DNA of 62,151 nucleotides, filler included, from Sphacelaria rigidula (taxonomy: Eukaryota), in the NCBI GenBank assembly GCA_964200075.2. It is 8 parts of 8 records of this genome, joined end to end, with 100 filler letters (N's around TTAATTAATTAA, not from the genome) between each part and the next. Parts side by side here need not be neighbours in the genome. Positions count along the whole stretch, not along the records: positions 7,783 to 15,464 come from CAXNAA020013808.1; positions 15,565 to 23,246 come from CAXNAA020013809.1; positions 23,347 to 31,028 come from CAXNAA020013810.1; 5 more parts are not named here. The stretch is one strand, 5' to 3'. The notes below the pieces were generated by a model. The model was not told where the DNA came from and ran no database searches. It worked only from the letters and a program-made list of their open reading frames with translations. Positions 12,611-25,399 of this stretch are shown here, piece after piece (the first letter of the stretch is position 1; the number at the start of each line of letters is the position of its first letter). The translations under genes and the position numbers were made by a program.

Positions 12611-14122
12611 ACAGCTCAAACTCTTTCTTGCTGACAGACCGAAAGGGCGAAAATAGGAGCACAGCTTCGGCCCGGGAAAACTGCATGTCGTGCTTCGTGT
12701 TTTTATCAGCAAACTGTCGACCGCGGTCTATCCGCATGATCGTGCTAGTCTAGCGGGCTATGATCACTCAAACTGTACTGGAATGCGTACAGATAAATAT
12801 AATAGACTGTACTGCGCATCTTTGATCACGGCGGTACCACTGACTACAGCGTTGTGTAGCAACCGAAAGCTCACGGCCAGTGAAAACCACGAAAAAGATC
12901 TTCTCGAACAAAATTCATTGCATGAACCGAACGAACCACTTCAATGTTCACCCTAGATTTCACACATGCCAAACGCAATCAGCGCCTCACTTCGTTTCAC
13001 CCTGGGCGCACGCGCACCCTTGCAAATCCTTGAATCTCGTTTAAATATATGAAATTACTGTTCCGAGTTCAGCAATGTTTCTCAGCCGCTCACATTTTGT
13101 CCAACTCGGGAGTTGGTTGTTGACCTTTAGTTCGACGCTTCCTCTGCAGTGATGCGGATATCGTGCATGTAAGTCCGCCAATGTATCTCACCGCTCTGTG
13201 TCGATGGAACTGCACTTCACTAGTCAAGAAGAAACCGGAGAGCAATTCAAACCTTGTTCGACAACACATGTTATTATCCATCATGGCGCTTTCATGAGGT
13301 AGGTACCACCAAGTTACCCAAGAGGTACCCGAGGTACGACTAAACATAAACATACTGACTGTCTGTATAGTGATGGACAACAACCAAAGAACGGTTGATT
13401 CCAGTTTAATTACGACTTATACCCATGAACTCGGTTTCACATTTCAGCTGACCTCCTCTGCCTGCTGCTGCTCTCCACTACTTTCTGTCTTAGGGCCTCG
13501 GTCGCCAGGTGAGTCCAGTTTAGTATGGCCATCCAGATTCATGTCCTCAGCTGCAAAATCAATAGAGGCATCACCAAACGCTCAACTAGCTGGTCTAGTA
13601 TACATCGCTGAGAGGCAGCATATTGCACACGGCATTCGCAAATATGAGTTGCATACGTACATCCGGGCGAGGCAATCTCTCTTGCAGTTGGCCATCTTTG
13701 TCTGGACCAATCCTCTTTCTCGTCCTAGAATCTCATACTGGACCTGGAGTTACTGGTGGGCGGCACCCTTGCTTTCAAAACTTATAGGAATCAAGACGCA
13801 AACCGCGTTGCAGTCGCAGAGAAAAAAAAATTAGAGCCAGTTTAACCCTTGGGCAATTGCCTAGAAAAGGTATACCTTCTCGTTTTTTGCCCAAGAGAAG
13901 TACGAAGACAGGCCTGAAATGCGTAAAACGGCAAAACACACAGTCTAGACTGTTTTCGCTCCGAAGTCTTCACGCGCATCATTCGGAGGGCTCCTTGGCA
14001 CGCGGGCCTCGGAACAAGAAACACAAAAAACATGTTACTTGCAATACACGACCATGAGCAAAAGGGCGCCCCGCCTCCAGAAACCACTTTCCCTTTCTAG
14101 GCCAAGTATCCATCAGGTATAA

Positions 14123-14970
14123 GACCAACTTGTATGGAAGCCAATCCCGAATCTGGCGGGCCCCGAATCTGTCTCAAATCGGGGGGACCCAGATCCGTGA
14201 AACTCAGATTCGTGTGTACCGCTGTATGGCTTCACAGATTTGTTGAAAATGTTCTGTACACGGACGGTCATTTTCTAGGCGGGTGTGGTATCACAGCGAA
14301 GCCGAAGAATAGGCAGGCGGGGAATCACCCTTCAAGAGCAGCGTCGTACCGTGGTACCCTAGGGTATGATGCAGTGCAGTACACTCCACAATCACAGTAC
14401 ACGATAATGCCGTGTGGTAATACATGATGGTACAGTCGGTATTGCGAGAACAGTGCACAGTGTGCGGCAAGAGTACACGAGTGCAGTGTCATTTATCACC
14501 CTGCAACAACCGCGACAGCAGAGTGTAGGATAGATAGTACAGTACCGGTCGTTATGATGATACATATAGCAGCACAGGGCAGCATACAATTTTGCCATCA
14601 CCGCAGGGTACGGCGTCAACACTTCTTATCCGCTTGTCAAACCCCGTGCGGAGCTGCTCCAGCAGCCGGCGCTCGCAGGCACTGCATGTGCTGTCACGGG
14701 ACTGTCTGCTGCTGTTGTTGCAAAATACCAAACGCCCGTTGCCCCATCATTGTACGTCAACATACGTACGTGAGTTACTACAGATCCGGAGGACCTCGAT
14801 TTTTCACGGATCCGAGCTCAGATTTGTGTAAAACCGTTCTCAAATCGTGACAAAACGAATCTGAGCTTCCCCGATTTGTGCCAAATTGGGATCCATACAG
14901 TGCGTTTCCAAATCTGAGGTCCCCTGATCTGCGTACAGATCCGTCTTTTCGACTGCCATACAAGTCGGTC
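14123..14970. mobile_element. Non-autonomous PIF/Harbinger-type element, 848 bp
   Basis: TIR gaccaacttgtatggaagcc / gactgccatacaagtcggtc; TAA TSD on both sides; subterminal cagatc/aatctg repeats. Confidence 0.85.
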
Positions 14971-15464
14971 TAACTGATTCAAGAATTCCTTTCAGATCAT
15001 ACCTTATCTGGGCCACCGGTCGGTCGAGAAAGTACCTGTCCTGGGTCATGGCTTGCTACACTATACCTGGTGCGGCACACTGCGCGCAAGGAGGTCCACG
15101 CGCCAAACTCCAACCGTGACGCCCACACGTTTGGCTCCTTTCCCGCTCAATTGCTGTTGATGGACGCCAGAACGATCAGGCCCCTTTCCCCCCGGAAATG
15201 ATTCTCGAGTCTCTCTGTATCGACCAAGAAGAACTGGACTCACACCTCACACCTCTTTTTTTTTTTTTTTGCTCGCGGGGGGGGGGTTATGTAACATCAT
15301 GCTGTTGCGATCTCGAGACTGGTGTCAAAGTGGAGATAAGCTCTTCCGTCAGCAACGGACCGCTATCATATAATCAACGGTTGGTCCAAGGAACGGATAA
15401 GGATTGCAAGGGTCGGACAAATAATGATTCGTCTGAAAATTACGTGGTTTTAGTATAATGAGTC

Positions 15465-15564
15465 NNNNNNNNNNNNNNNNNNNNNNNNNNNNNNNNNNNN
15501 NNNNNNNNTTAATTAATTAANNNNNNNNNNNNNNNNNNNNNNNNNNNNNNNNNNNNNNNNNNNN
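15465..15564. other. Artificial contig spacer
   Basis: N44-TTAATTAATTAA-N44. Confidence 0.98.
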
Positions 15565-15710
15565 CCAGACACGTGGAATGGCGCAAAAGTTGCGTGGATA
15601 CCCCTTGGACCAGCGGTCAACTCTTTTCTCCCTTGTGGGCAACCAGGCCGAAGAAATCGTGTATCTTGGTGATTCGAACCCGTGATGATTCGTCCCAACC
15701 GTGATACATT
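15565..15710 (+). repeat. Paralogous copy of the segment at 46450-46591(-)
   Basis: cagacacgtggaatggcgcaaa.gttgcgt.gatacccc.tggaccagcg...caggccgaagaaatcgtg shared; both copies abut a gap. Confidence 0.85.
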
Positions 15711-16034
15711 TCAATGTTTGCGGTTGAACGGGGACACCAAGGTGTAAAGAAACGTGAAGAAGCGATTTCACCATCTTGAAAAACAACAAGAACTCAGTAG
15801 CTCGTTTTGCCACCACCTTCTGGCGCGAAGCAAAACTTCGGGAAATACACATAGAGCGAACGGGACGGGCGGGGGGGGTGAATAGTGCAAGAAACGGAAA
15901 ATAGCATAGCGTACGGCACGCGCGAGGTGGGTATATGTTTACCTTGGCAGGAGTTGCGTTTTCCGAGGCGAAGAATCCGACCTTTGCGTCGAAAACCGCT
16001 GCCTGCCGGTGATTGTGAGCCTGCCTGGCGAACG

Positions 16035-16036
<2 letters not shown>

Positions 16037-16104
<68 letters not shown>
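16037..16104 (+). repeat. (AC)n microsatellite
   Basis: Direct reading. Confidence 0.97.
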
Positions 16105-16111
<7 letters not shown>

Positions 16112-17372
16112 AAGAGTGCCGGGGAGAATCATCTGTACATGTGGTTGCTCGGAGCCACGGCACGAGGGATAGTCTGGTATTTCCCACGGCATCAAACACA
16201 GATACATGCAGTACAGAAGTGTCACACTTCAAGTACCTGCAATCATACTGCACAGTACATTCATAGCCTGAAAAAACTCGGATCCAAAAGGAAAAAGCAT
16301 AGATGCCCAGGCAGTCTCGCCAGGTTGAATGCCATGGACATACCAAAAGCTTTCACGGCACGGTCACATAATGCGGGGCACGCCGTCGACATTTAGGGTA
16401 GCCGCAATGATCCGGGATCAGGTTCCGTGAGATTCACAAGAGTGCCAGTGTAACACCACCACCAACAACTAGCACATGATAAGGAGGCGCGTGCATGGCG
16501 CCAAGTTGACAGGGGGTATTTTTGGGTTCAACTCCTATACTGCCCTGAGCAAATCTCTCCGAACGCTCAAGGCGCCTACCCCATACGACCGCCACACGGT
16601 GATCTAGCCGAGCCTTCGGGTCATCGGTACACGAACCCGCTCGCGGGTTAAGTGTTGGATGAGGGTTCCTCCTTCCTCCAAGGGGAAAGAAAAAATATCC
16701 ACAGGATAAATCTGGGTTCATCACATATGACGTGTCGAGGCTATGCAGATTCTCATGATAATTACTTCATTTCGGGCGGACCAGGCACTGAGTACATGGT
16801 TGCTACGCATTGTTTTTCTGGAGATCCTTCGAATTTGTCAGGCTTCGCAGTAATGCAGGCGTATAGTATGTAACGGGTGAGGTGGGTGCGCAGCGCTGAA
16901 ATATATACCCTCCCCCCGCCTTGTCCTCTCTCTGCGTGCAAGATTGGTGATGAAGTCTTGTCACATTTGCCGTTGTCACTTACCGGCTTGGCTGCTGCAA
17001 GAGTTCGTCCTTTCCATCTGCCGGCATCATCGCGTGCAACTGTTGGGCGCGCTGCCAGGCCCGCGGTTTCACCGGCGGTACGTTATCGAATAACAAACAG
17101 ACAAGATAGAGGGCGATCAGTATCGGACCAGCATGCACATTTTTTTGCTTACTCGCGGACGGCTAGGTAGCACTTACCGCACAGGTACCGGTGTTTTACT
17201 GGATGTAGCTTCCAACTGTGAAACACTTGGCACATCATCAGTTCGGCAAGCGGGGCCGGACATAATGTCGCCACATACGTATGACCACGTGCACCAGTTC
17301 AACTTCGTAGCGGCACACCGCATGGTCCTCCATGTAGCATGATAAATCAATATCTGCTCAAGTGTTGATTTG

Positions 17373-17951
17373 CAAGGTTGTGTTATGTAAGGTACAGGTA
17401 CGTTCTGTAGGGTATGAGATTCCTTAGAGAACTTACGGAACTGTCGGGTACCGGTATAAATTTTTTACAGAGTTTACAAAACTATCGGGTACCGGTATGA
17501 AACTCTTATGGACTCTACAGAACTTGTCGGGCACGGTACGGGAAGCTTACAGAAAACCGGTACCGGCAATCGGGCAACTCTTTAAGGGTATACCCGTCCC
17601 TCGGGTCAGGGTAGAGGTTTTGTACAGAAGTCACAGAAATGTTGGGTAAGGGTATGAGAGGCTTACAGAACTCACAGAAACTGTCGGGTAGGGTATGGAG
17701 GTTGCACAGAAAACCGTACCCGCAACCGGGTACATTATCAAGAGCATACCCGTGCCCCCCGGTAACGGTACGGGAGGCTTACAAAACTCACAGAACTATC
17801 GGGTATGGGTACGAAAGTCTTACAGGGATTACACAACTGTCGGGTACCGGTATGGAAATCTTACAGTGTTTACAGAACTATCGGGTACGGTAAACACCCG
17901 GCAAAATACCCCGGGTGTACAGAAAAGCGTACCCTACAGAACACGACCTTT
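17373..17951. mobile_element. MITE with internal cagaactgtcgggta-type repeats
   Basis: TIR caaggttgtgttatgtaaggtac / gtaccctacagaacacgacctt; many internal acagaact.tcgggta..ggtatg units; no clear TSD. Confidence 0.8.
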
Positions 17952-18149
17952 GTATTATCATTACCTCTGTGGTGGGACCTACGTCACCACAACAGTGGCG
18001 AAATACAGAAGGCAATTCACAAAAACTCTGAACGGCTTCACGGGGTTGATTGAGAAAGACTACACGAACGATAGCAGTAGTACATGTGCACGGCATCGCC
18101 AACATCTGTCGGCTTCACGTACACTCCCAGAGAGTACATGAAGGAGCAT

Positions 18150-18386
18150 TCACGGCTGCCCGTTCTCTGGAAGCCCGTCGGCTCGCGACAAAATCGCCGA
18201 CGGCCTTGATGGCTTTCGGTGGCTGCTCATACTCCGTGCTGTACATGTCGATAACGGCCTGGGGTTTGATGACCACGACACAACCACCATCAACGTCGAT
18301 GACGTGCGTCTTGCTACTTGATCCTCTGGTGGCACAGATGAACCGCCCCCGCTCGAGCCACTACTTGAGTCTGGGGGTGATCCATC
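18150..18386 (-). CDS. Possible terminal exon of the gene starting at 20072
   Basis: Acceptor ccgtcAG, phase-0 frame DGSPPDSSSGSSGGG...ENGQP*; phase-compatible with the donor at 19760; an alternative frame also looks coding. Confidence 0.3.
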   Translation of the reverse strand, partial: DGSPPDSSSGSSGGGSSVPPEDQVARRTSSTLMVVVSWSSNPRPLSTCTARSMSSHRKPSRPSAILSRADGLPENGQP

Positions 18387-18574
18387 CTGACGGTCTGCAG
18401 GGCTGCTCATGTTTCGTGTTTCCACTCAGCGGTACCTCGTATCGCGTCAGATCCCAAAATAAAGAACTTTTCAAGATTGAATTATTGTTGGTGTGTGGTT
18501 TTGAATGAAGGAGTTGGGTCAGTTGATCGATGAGAGGTACATGTTCAGCTCATGAAGTTGTGTTTGGATTGAAC

Positions 18575-19081
18575 CTATATCCGTACCTCCCCAAGGTATA
18601 TACCTGTGCTCATACCTGCAATCGGGTACATCTATAACGGTATACCCGAACCCCGGGTAGGGGTATGGGAGGCTTACAGAGCTCATAGAACTGTCGGGTA
18701 CCGGCACTGGAAGAAAGTCTTACAGAAATTACAGAACTTGTCGGGTATAGTATGGGAGACTTGCAGAAAAACGGTACCGGCAATCGGGTATTTCTTCAAG
18801 AGCATACCCACGCTCCGGGTACAAGGAAACATTTTGTGCATATCTCACAGAACTGTCGGGTAGGGTATGGAGGTTGCACGGAAAACCGTACCCGCAATCA
18901 GGTATATTATCAAGAGCGTACCCGCGCTCCCCGGTAATGGTACGGGAGTCTTACAGAGATTACAGAACTATCGGGTAAGGGTATGAAAGTCTTGCAGAAG
19001 TCACATAACTTTCGGGAACGGTAGATACCCGGCAAAATACCCTGGGTACACAGAAAACCGTACCCTACAGAACACAACCTT
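18575..19081. mobile_element. Second, left-truncated copy of the 17373-17951 MITE family
   Basis: Same internal repeats and right terminus gtaccctacagaacacaacctt. Confidence 0.8.
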
Positions 19082-19760
19082 TCTAATTTGCTCATGTTCT
19101 ACATTAATCCAGCCTCCAACCGAGGTGGGCTCATCCCAAATCACCGCCAAAATGTTAATGGTCGACACACTTTTGAAATAGCGCTAGCCCCAAACCTAAA
19201 CTCAACTAAAGGCCTACCGAGGACCCTCGGTGAGAGGAGGTGTAAAGGATAAAAGGATTTCCTAGGCTAGAGGCTAGAGTGACAGCTGGCAGACCAGAAA
19301 ATGGCTCCATTCCAAAACGCGTTCTGCGCACACCAGGAGCACTCGGGACTGTCAGCCCCACTGAAGATCCGAATCTCGGTGTTCAGACCCTGGGACAAAC
19401 TCTACTGCGCCAGCCTGCCTACCTGCCGAGACCCTGATTCGTTTTTTGAATCTCGACAGTCACACATGAAGGGCACCTTTGAAAGAAGTGGAGGCTTGGC
19501 GCCCCGGAACAACGGGGGTGGTAACACATGGCGTGTGTCAAGGTCTCATAACCTCTCCACAACAAATTACTCTACGGGGCAGCCCGGCAACCTGTTCCGT
19601 ATGGGAAGAGTACAACACGAGGTTGGGCCAGAAAGCATAATAACAGTCGTAATGTATGTCCACATTCTCAAACATGTGCATCGAAACCCTGAAACATCTC
19701 TCTCGGTATCGTCGTAGTATGCACTGTGATTGACTGCGCGTCCTGTCGACCCTACCGTAC

Positions 19761-20072
19761 CTCACGAGGGTCATCGTCCATTTCGCTTGTCGTACCACCA
19801 CTATCGCTGGAAAGAGCAAGAAATACAGGTGTAGTCGTTGTTTTCCGCGCTCTATCTCGCCGACAGCCGGACCATGCCGCTCCGGCCTCTGTTACTCGGC
19901 CAGGGCCTTGAACTATTTCAGCAGGAGTGAAAGTAGTGCGTTCCGCTACAACTGCTCGTGCTGCTGCTATGAAGGCCTCGGATTGCCGTACACACGCCAC
20001 TAACAACAGCAAGACAAAATGATGAGGATATAATCCCGCCAGAACCAACAGCATCTGAGGATGACAAACCAT
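19761..20072 (-). CDS. First exon of a putative plastid-targeted protein
   Basis: Hydrophobic signal peptide FVLLLLVACVRQSEA followed by F (ASA-F-like cleavage motif), then an R/A/T-rich transit-like stretch; donor gag|GTACGG. Confidence 0.65.
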
Positions 20073-20543
20073 GCACGGCGAAGAGAGGGCACAGGCTCGA
20101 CCGGCTACAGTACAGGGGGTGTGAACTGCTGTGCCAAATATTCATTAGTTATCTCGATCATTCAGAGCCGCAGTCGCTGAAGGACCTCAGCATTCGATAC
20201 AACCGCAGGAAAGATCTTCAGCTCAAGAGTGAAATCTAAACTTTCTGTAAAGTTGACTCAATTGACGCAAGGAAAACATAAAATTAAAATTTATCATACC
20301 AAAAGCTGAACGACTACACATTTTATCAGGTGAACGTCACACAGAGAGACATGATGCATGGTTCCCATGACCAACAACTGCATATGCGGACAGGAAAATA
20401 TGATGAACAAGATTATAGAAAATACATTTTTCGGGGGAAAGTCCCGGAATGTTGATATTTCATTCGAAAACTAAACAAAACGATCACACCGACAAACGCG
20501 GCAGCACCCCCTCTTACCTTGTCGTGTAGACTACAAATCGTGA

Positions 20544-20768
20544 ATGGGCATGGGAGGGGAGCCAGTAGAGAAGGTTAAGACATTGGCAGTGGAAGCAGCC
20601 GCAGGTGCAGATAGAGGTGCTGCTGAGCCATCAACGGTCGGCGCCGCGACAAGAATGATGAGCGTGGTTGTTAAAGCCGAAGACAACAACGGTAGCTCCT
20701 CTCCGGCGTTGGCTGACGTCGAGGAAGAGCTGGCAAAGTTTGCCCAAGCTGCTGCTTCAAACCCTATT
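20544..20768 (+). CDS. First coding exon of an unknown protein, divergent from the 20072 gene
   Basis: MGMGGEPVEK...EEELAKFAQAAASNPI, coding-like composition, canonical donor att|GTGAGT, phase 0. Confidence 0.6.
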
Positions 20769-21213
20769 GTGAGTACGAGTCGACCGCCAGAAACCGAGTG
20801 CTTGTCCTACGGTTGCGACTGCTGTACTGTACTGCTGTACACCGTATGTTGCCCTCTCCGAAAAGTAGCTGTCGGTGTGTATTTGTGCCTTTTCTCTGCG
20901 CAACGAAAAAACCCGTAAACACGTGTTGGTCTGTACGAGTATTGTGTGTGTGTAGGATGTTAGGATGTTTCGTTTTGAACAAATAATCAAATTGCTAGTT
21001 TGTCGAGCGTTTTTGAAAGGCCAACAAACGCCAATCAAGCGCGAAAGCGAAGAGCGAAGAGCGGTGGGCCCCCATGAAGCACCCGACGCATCCGTCCAGT
21101 CGCTCCGGCATATGTGTTGCGTTGAGAGGAATGTGTGCGTCTAGTGAGAGAGAGCAGCAATCAATGTTTAGTCTTCTCTCGCATTGGGCTTTGACGCAAC
21201 GAATTATGTTCAG

Positions 21214-21306
21214 CGCGGTGCGGGGATGGTGAAATGGAACTCCAGTCCGGTGGGGTATGTCAACCGTTCAGCCGTTATAGTTACCGAGGACAGGCTTGCT
21301 CAACAG
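21214..21306 (+). CDS. Candidate exon 2 of the 20544 gene
   Basis: ttcAG|RGAGMVKWNSSPVGYVNRSAVIVTEDRLAQQ|GTattt, 93 nt, phase 0/0. Confidence 0.4.
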
Positions 21307-23246
21307 GTATTTAGTTCGTCCAATACCCTTGCCCGCACCCCCAAAAGTACTGTAATGGCTTGCACGACAGTACTGTGATGTCTATACTGTACGGGCCAGG
21401 CGTATGCTGCTTTCTGTCCACGGACGGATGTATATTGGTTTTTTCTGACTTTCGTATTGTCAAGCAGCAAACTTGCTCGCGAGTCGCTCGCACGACTGTG
21501 CGTATTGTCTGTTGCACGTGAAACGTATCATGAAGGTCCTGCCCTAAAATCTAATACGAGTACTTCATGTGCTGCAGCGTACTGACTCTTGTGTGGAACT
21601 CAACTGCTGTACTGAAGTCGTATCCGCGGATGTGGAAATAACTGCACTAGACTATTGACTGACTGCATGACCCCCCCTCCCCGGCCTTGCTGGATAAGGG
21701 GTGAGTGTTTGTTCGTACGCGGCTAGCGAAACGGACGAGAGTTGAACTTACAGGGCCGTGTCGGAGGGGAGTTGGTGGAGTCACGGTACAGTCGGCCCTC
21801 CCCCTTTCCCCCGCGGCTATTGTGTCGGACGTCAACACACGCAAGAGAGGGGGAGAGGGGGAGAATGCCATGTGCGTGTAAAGCGATGACTTGAAGGGAC
21901 ATACAGTACAACCATGCCGCACTGAAACATCGAAACACAAGACTGCGCGACTTGTTTGCCGTTCCAACACCTGGTTGGGGAATAGCTCGTGATCTTTTTG
22001 TGTTGGAGAGACAAACTGTAAAGGTCGTACAAGACCCCATTTCTAAGGGTCTGCCTCCAGTTGGATATGTCCGTTCTGGCTTGGAACGGGGGTACCTGGC
22101 AATTACGGACCGGTGGAATTCACCGTGGTTCATCGTCGCCGGGTTCGCGCAAACTCGCTCATGGTACAGACTGCAGACAGCATTGCCCAGGAGCAGTCAA
22201 CAGGTGAACCAACGTAAAATATCCCTTAAATCACTGAAAGTATCGATGTGTCCTGTATGACACATGGAGTTCATCTGAAGTTATATTTCAGCGACCTACT
22301 CTGTGTGAGGTACGCTCTCTGTCCGGACACACCCAATACTTCATGGAGGCCCACCTGTACCGCACTTTTCTGTCTGCTGTACTGCTCTGACGGGTTTATA
22401 CGGTGGAGTTGGTTTTTGGTTGGTCGCACTCAAATTTGCATGTTGCCCTGTATTCTGCCGGTCATATCAACCAAACTATGGAAATACTTTTTCAGTGAAC
22501 TCTGTGACGCGTGCTCTCGTACCCCCGAGTCCATCCGTGGAAACGTTGGAATGATGGACGCCAAACAACTGCCGATGGCCCTGATGAATACATCGCCGTC
22601 GTTAGTCACGTACCGTACGGCTAATCGGAGAAGAAGTGAACGCAAACACCAACCGGCGTTTCTTCCTGTGGAGGGTGTTAACCTAAAATAATGACGGGAA
22701 ATTTCTAGAGGTTGACCTTTTCCGTTTCGGCAGTGAGGATCCCCTGGTCGCCTTCCATGTCTTCATGGTCGTTGTAATATTACTGTACTTGGGTTTAGGC
22801 GTAACGTAGATATTCGGATGTTTAGTGGGGTTGACAGTCCCGTGTGCTGCCGTGTGCTAAACGCGTTTTTGTCCAGGCGCCGGTTCGAGGTCTGCCAACG
22901 CATACTCTGCCTCTAGTGACCCTTGCATGTATCAATGTCCCCTGCCGGAAGGTTCTCGTATGTGACCCTAGCATCCATCTATATCCCTTGCCGGAAGGTT
23001 CTCGGTATGGCTTGGGTTGATTCCACAGCTAGCGTTGGCGTTATTCCAACATGAATTTCATAGATGTTCTGTATGAAGTACTGTATTGAAAAAACAATTG
23101 TAAACCGAGCTCCAGTAAAGTCAGTCACGTCTGTCATTTCTGGGACAGGAAATCACCAATATATATATTCATCTCACGCGGAAGGAAGGTGGGGTAATAA
23201 AAACAAATAAAAAAGAAAAAACTTCCGTGTTGACCTTCCTCCTGTG

Positions 23247-23346
23247 NNNNNNNNNNNNNNNNNNNNNNNNNNNNNNNNNNNNNNNNNNNNTTAATTAATT
23301 AANNNNNNNNNNNNNNNNNNNNNNNNNNNNNNNNNNNNNNNNNNNN
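23247..23346. other. Artificial contig spacer
   Basis: N44-TTAATTAATTAA-N44. Confidence 0.98.
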
Positions 23347-24697
23347 CAGTCCACGTCGCCATCAATTCAAGCGTAACTCCCGGGCGATGCACGCGTGCAT
23401 ACAAAACATAATCGCCTACCTCAAATTTCGGCAATTTCAGCCCCGACGAAGACCCCTCACGTCCATGCGCACGTTCAGCGGCAACACGCTCCTGCACTTG
23501 AACGTGGAAATTTTCCTGCAACTCCAACACTCGTTGCAACGCGCGCTTCAGTTGCGCATCGTTTAAGACATTACACTTTCACTCCCCCGCCGGCGAGGAC
23601 GCCAACACCGAGAAAGACGTCCGAGGTGCGCGACCAAACATTACGTGATACGGCGTACTATCGTACCGACGGCGATATGCTGTATTTAGGGCCCGTTGAA
23701 CAGCGGGCAACACGTCCACCCACTCGGTCGCCTCTCGACGCTGCTCGAGAAGAATAGATCGAAGAGCACGAACTACTTCCTTAACCATGCGTTCGCACGT
23801 ACTGTTGGACCACGGAGAATACGCTACCGCACACTGGTGATAAACGCGCGAAGCCTCTCGCAATCGGACCAATATCGCATTCTTGAAATGCGTTGCGGTA
23901 TCACTAACCCACACACGAGGCACCCCCAAAGTTTTGCACCAATTCAGCAAAGACGCAGCAGTCGATTCAGCAGTACACACTGCTGCTGGTTCCAGAGCCA
24001 CAAAGTTGCTGAAATCATCCATGATTACCAAAATGTAGCGGAACCCAGCATTCTCCGACAAACCTTGGGAAGCCAGTGGGCCACTCTCACCCACGTACAA
24101 TATGTCAAAATAAACGACTTTATTTGGCGTGGTCTCATGGACCGTTTTGCCGAGCGGGCGGGGAAGAACATCGCCCGCCCTCGAGTTAGCACAGTGAAGA
24201 CACTGGCGGAGAAATTCGCGCACATGAGTTTCTATCCCCTGCCAGACACAAACTTCTTGTAAGCGCACGAGCGTTGCAGCAACACCACGATGCCCGGCAT
24301 CGCGCATGTGCACGCAAATCATCAGACGTACCCGCAACTGCTTGTCAGAACTCGGAATCCACAAAACGTTTCGGCCACGCACATGCACACGAAACATGTC
24401 TTCATTGTCCAAGATAGCAGTACCAACGTCCAACTGGAAAGATTGTACATCCACATCTTCGACCACAAGGTCTATTCGTTGCGCTTGGCGGACAACAGAT
24501 TTGGACGGCATCGAGTCATCGGGTAAACCCGGACCATACACAGCCACAGCGTGCGCAGGCAAAGCCGGAATATTCTCCCAACACGAAAGCAAGTCACCCC
24601 GCGCAATGATCGTATGACTATGGCATGCATGATGATGAATACACCCACGCGTTACGGTCACCCGAAATATGGCAAATCGAGTAACGGTGCGGGCCAA
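23347..24697 (-). pseudogene. Gypsy integrase (zinc-binding domain, DDE core, start of C-terminal module)
   Basis: H..DAGHRG...CLHC; YFD...VSDTATHF...CERMVKEV; LNT..RR...TPY.VMFG; FEVGDYVL. Confidence 0.93.
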
Positions 24698-24727
24698 AAA
24701 CAGCTTTCCAGCCCTCCAAACGTTGTG

Positions 24728-25330
24728 TCAATGCTTTCGACACAGACGTAACGCACGCTTCCGGGTTGAAAATCTACACGAGATTTCGGTGATCCGTGAA
24801 AATGTGCACGCCATCCCACAAAAGATGCTATAAACGACGAAAATTGCTACGATATCAAAACCCTCTTCATCAATTGTGGCCCAACGCAACTGCGAACCCT
24901 TAAAATTACCACTGAGGAAAGCCAGCGGTTCATGCGTCATGTCCTCAACTGGCAGGTGTCTTTGCATTTCCGCTTTAGGCACCTGCGTAACGAAACTACC
25001 TAAATGACACTCAGATGCACCCAGAAACATTGGCACCTGACGATCAGGACGAGGATGGAACAGCGTCACGGCGTGAGCCACCAGATCCTTTACTGCCGCC
25101 CATACCTGCAACCTACCCTCCGTCCACGATGCAGGCGGAATAGCGCGGTTTTTTGCAACACGCTTCGTCCGCCTTGCAGCATCCGCCATGAGTTCTTCGA
25201 GGAAAGAACGCAAGGGGACTACGGTTTCTGCCATACGCGGCAACGAGGTACGCAGCCAATTCACGGCCTGCAAAAGTTGCATGAGTTCTGCGGCCGTCTC
25301 CGGGCGCCCGATGTCAGACAAGCCTTGCAA
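24728..25330 (-). pseudogene. Gypsy RT connection domain and RNase H
   Basis: PETAAELMQLL.AVNWLR; MFLGAS (expected catalytic D replaced by G); PLAFLSGNFKGSQLRWATIDEE. Confidence 0.9.
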
Positions 25331-25399
25331 TCTGACAGGGCCCTGAGATACGCGTCCGTGTGAGTAGACGCTCCCACACCATACGAGTTCACTAGCGAA

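Noticed and set aside
15517..16346. CV/TH-repeat ORFs
   Set aside because: Translation of the (AC)n microsatellite
17400..19060. CRISPR-like repeats (cagaactgtcgggta)
   Set aside because: The intervening sequences are themselves homologous and recur in the second MITE copy
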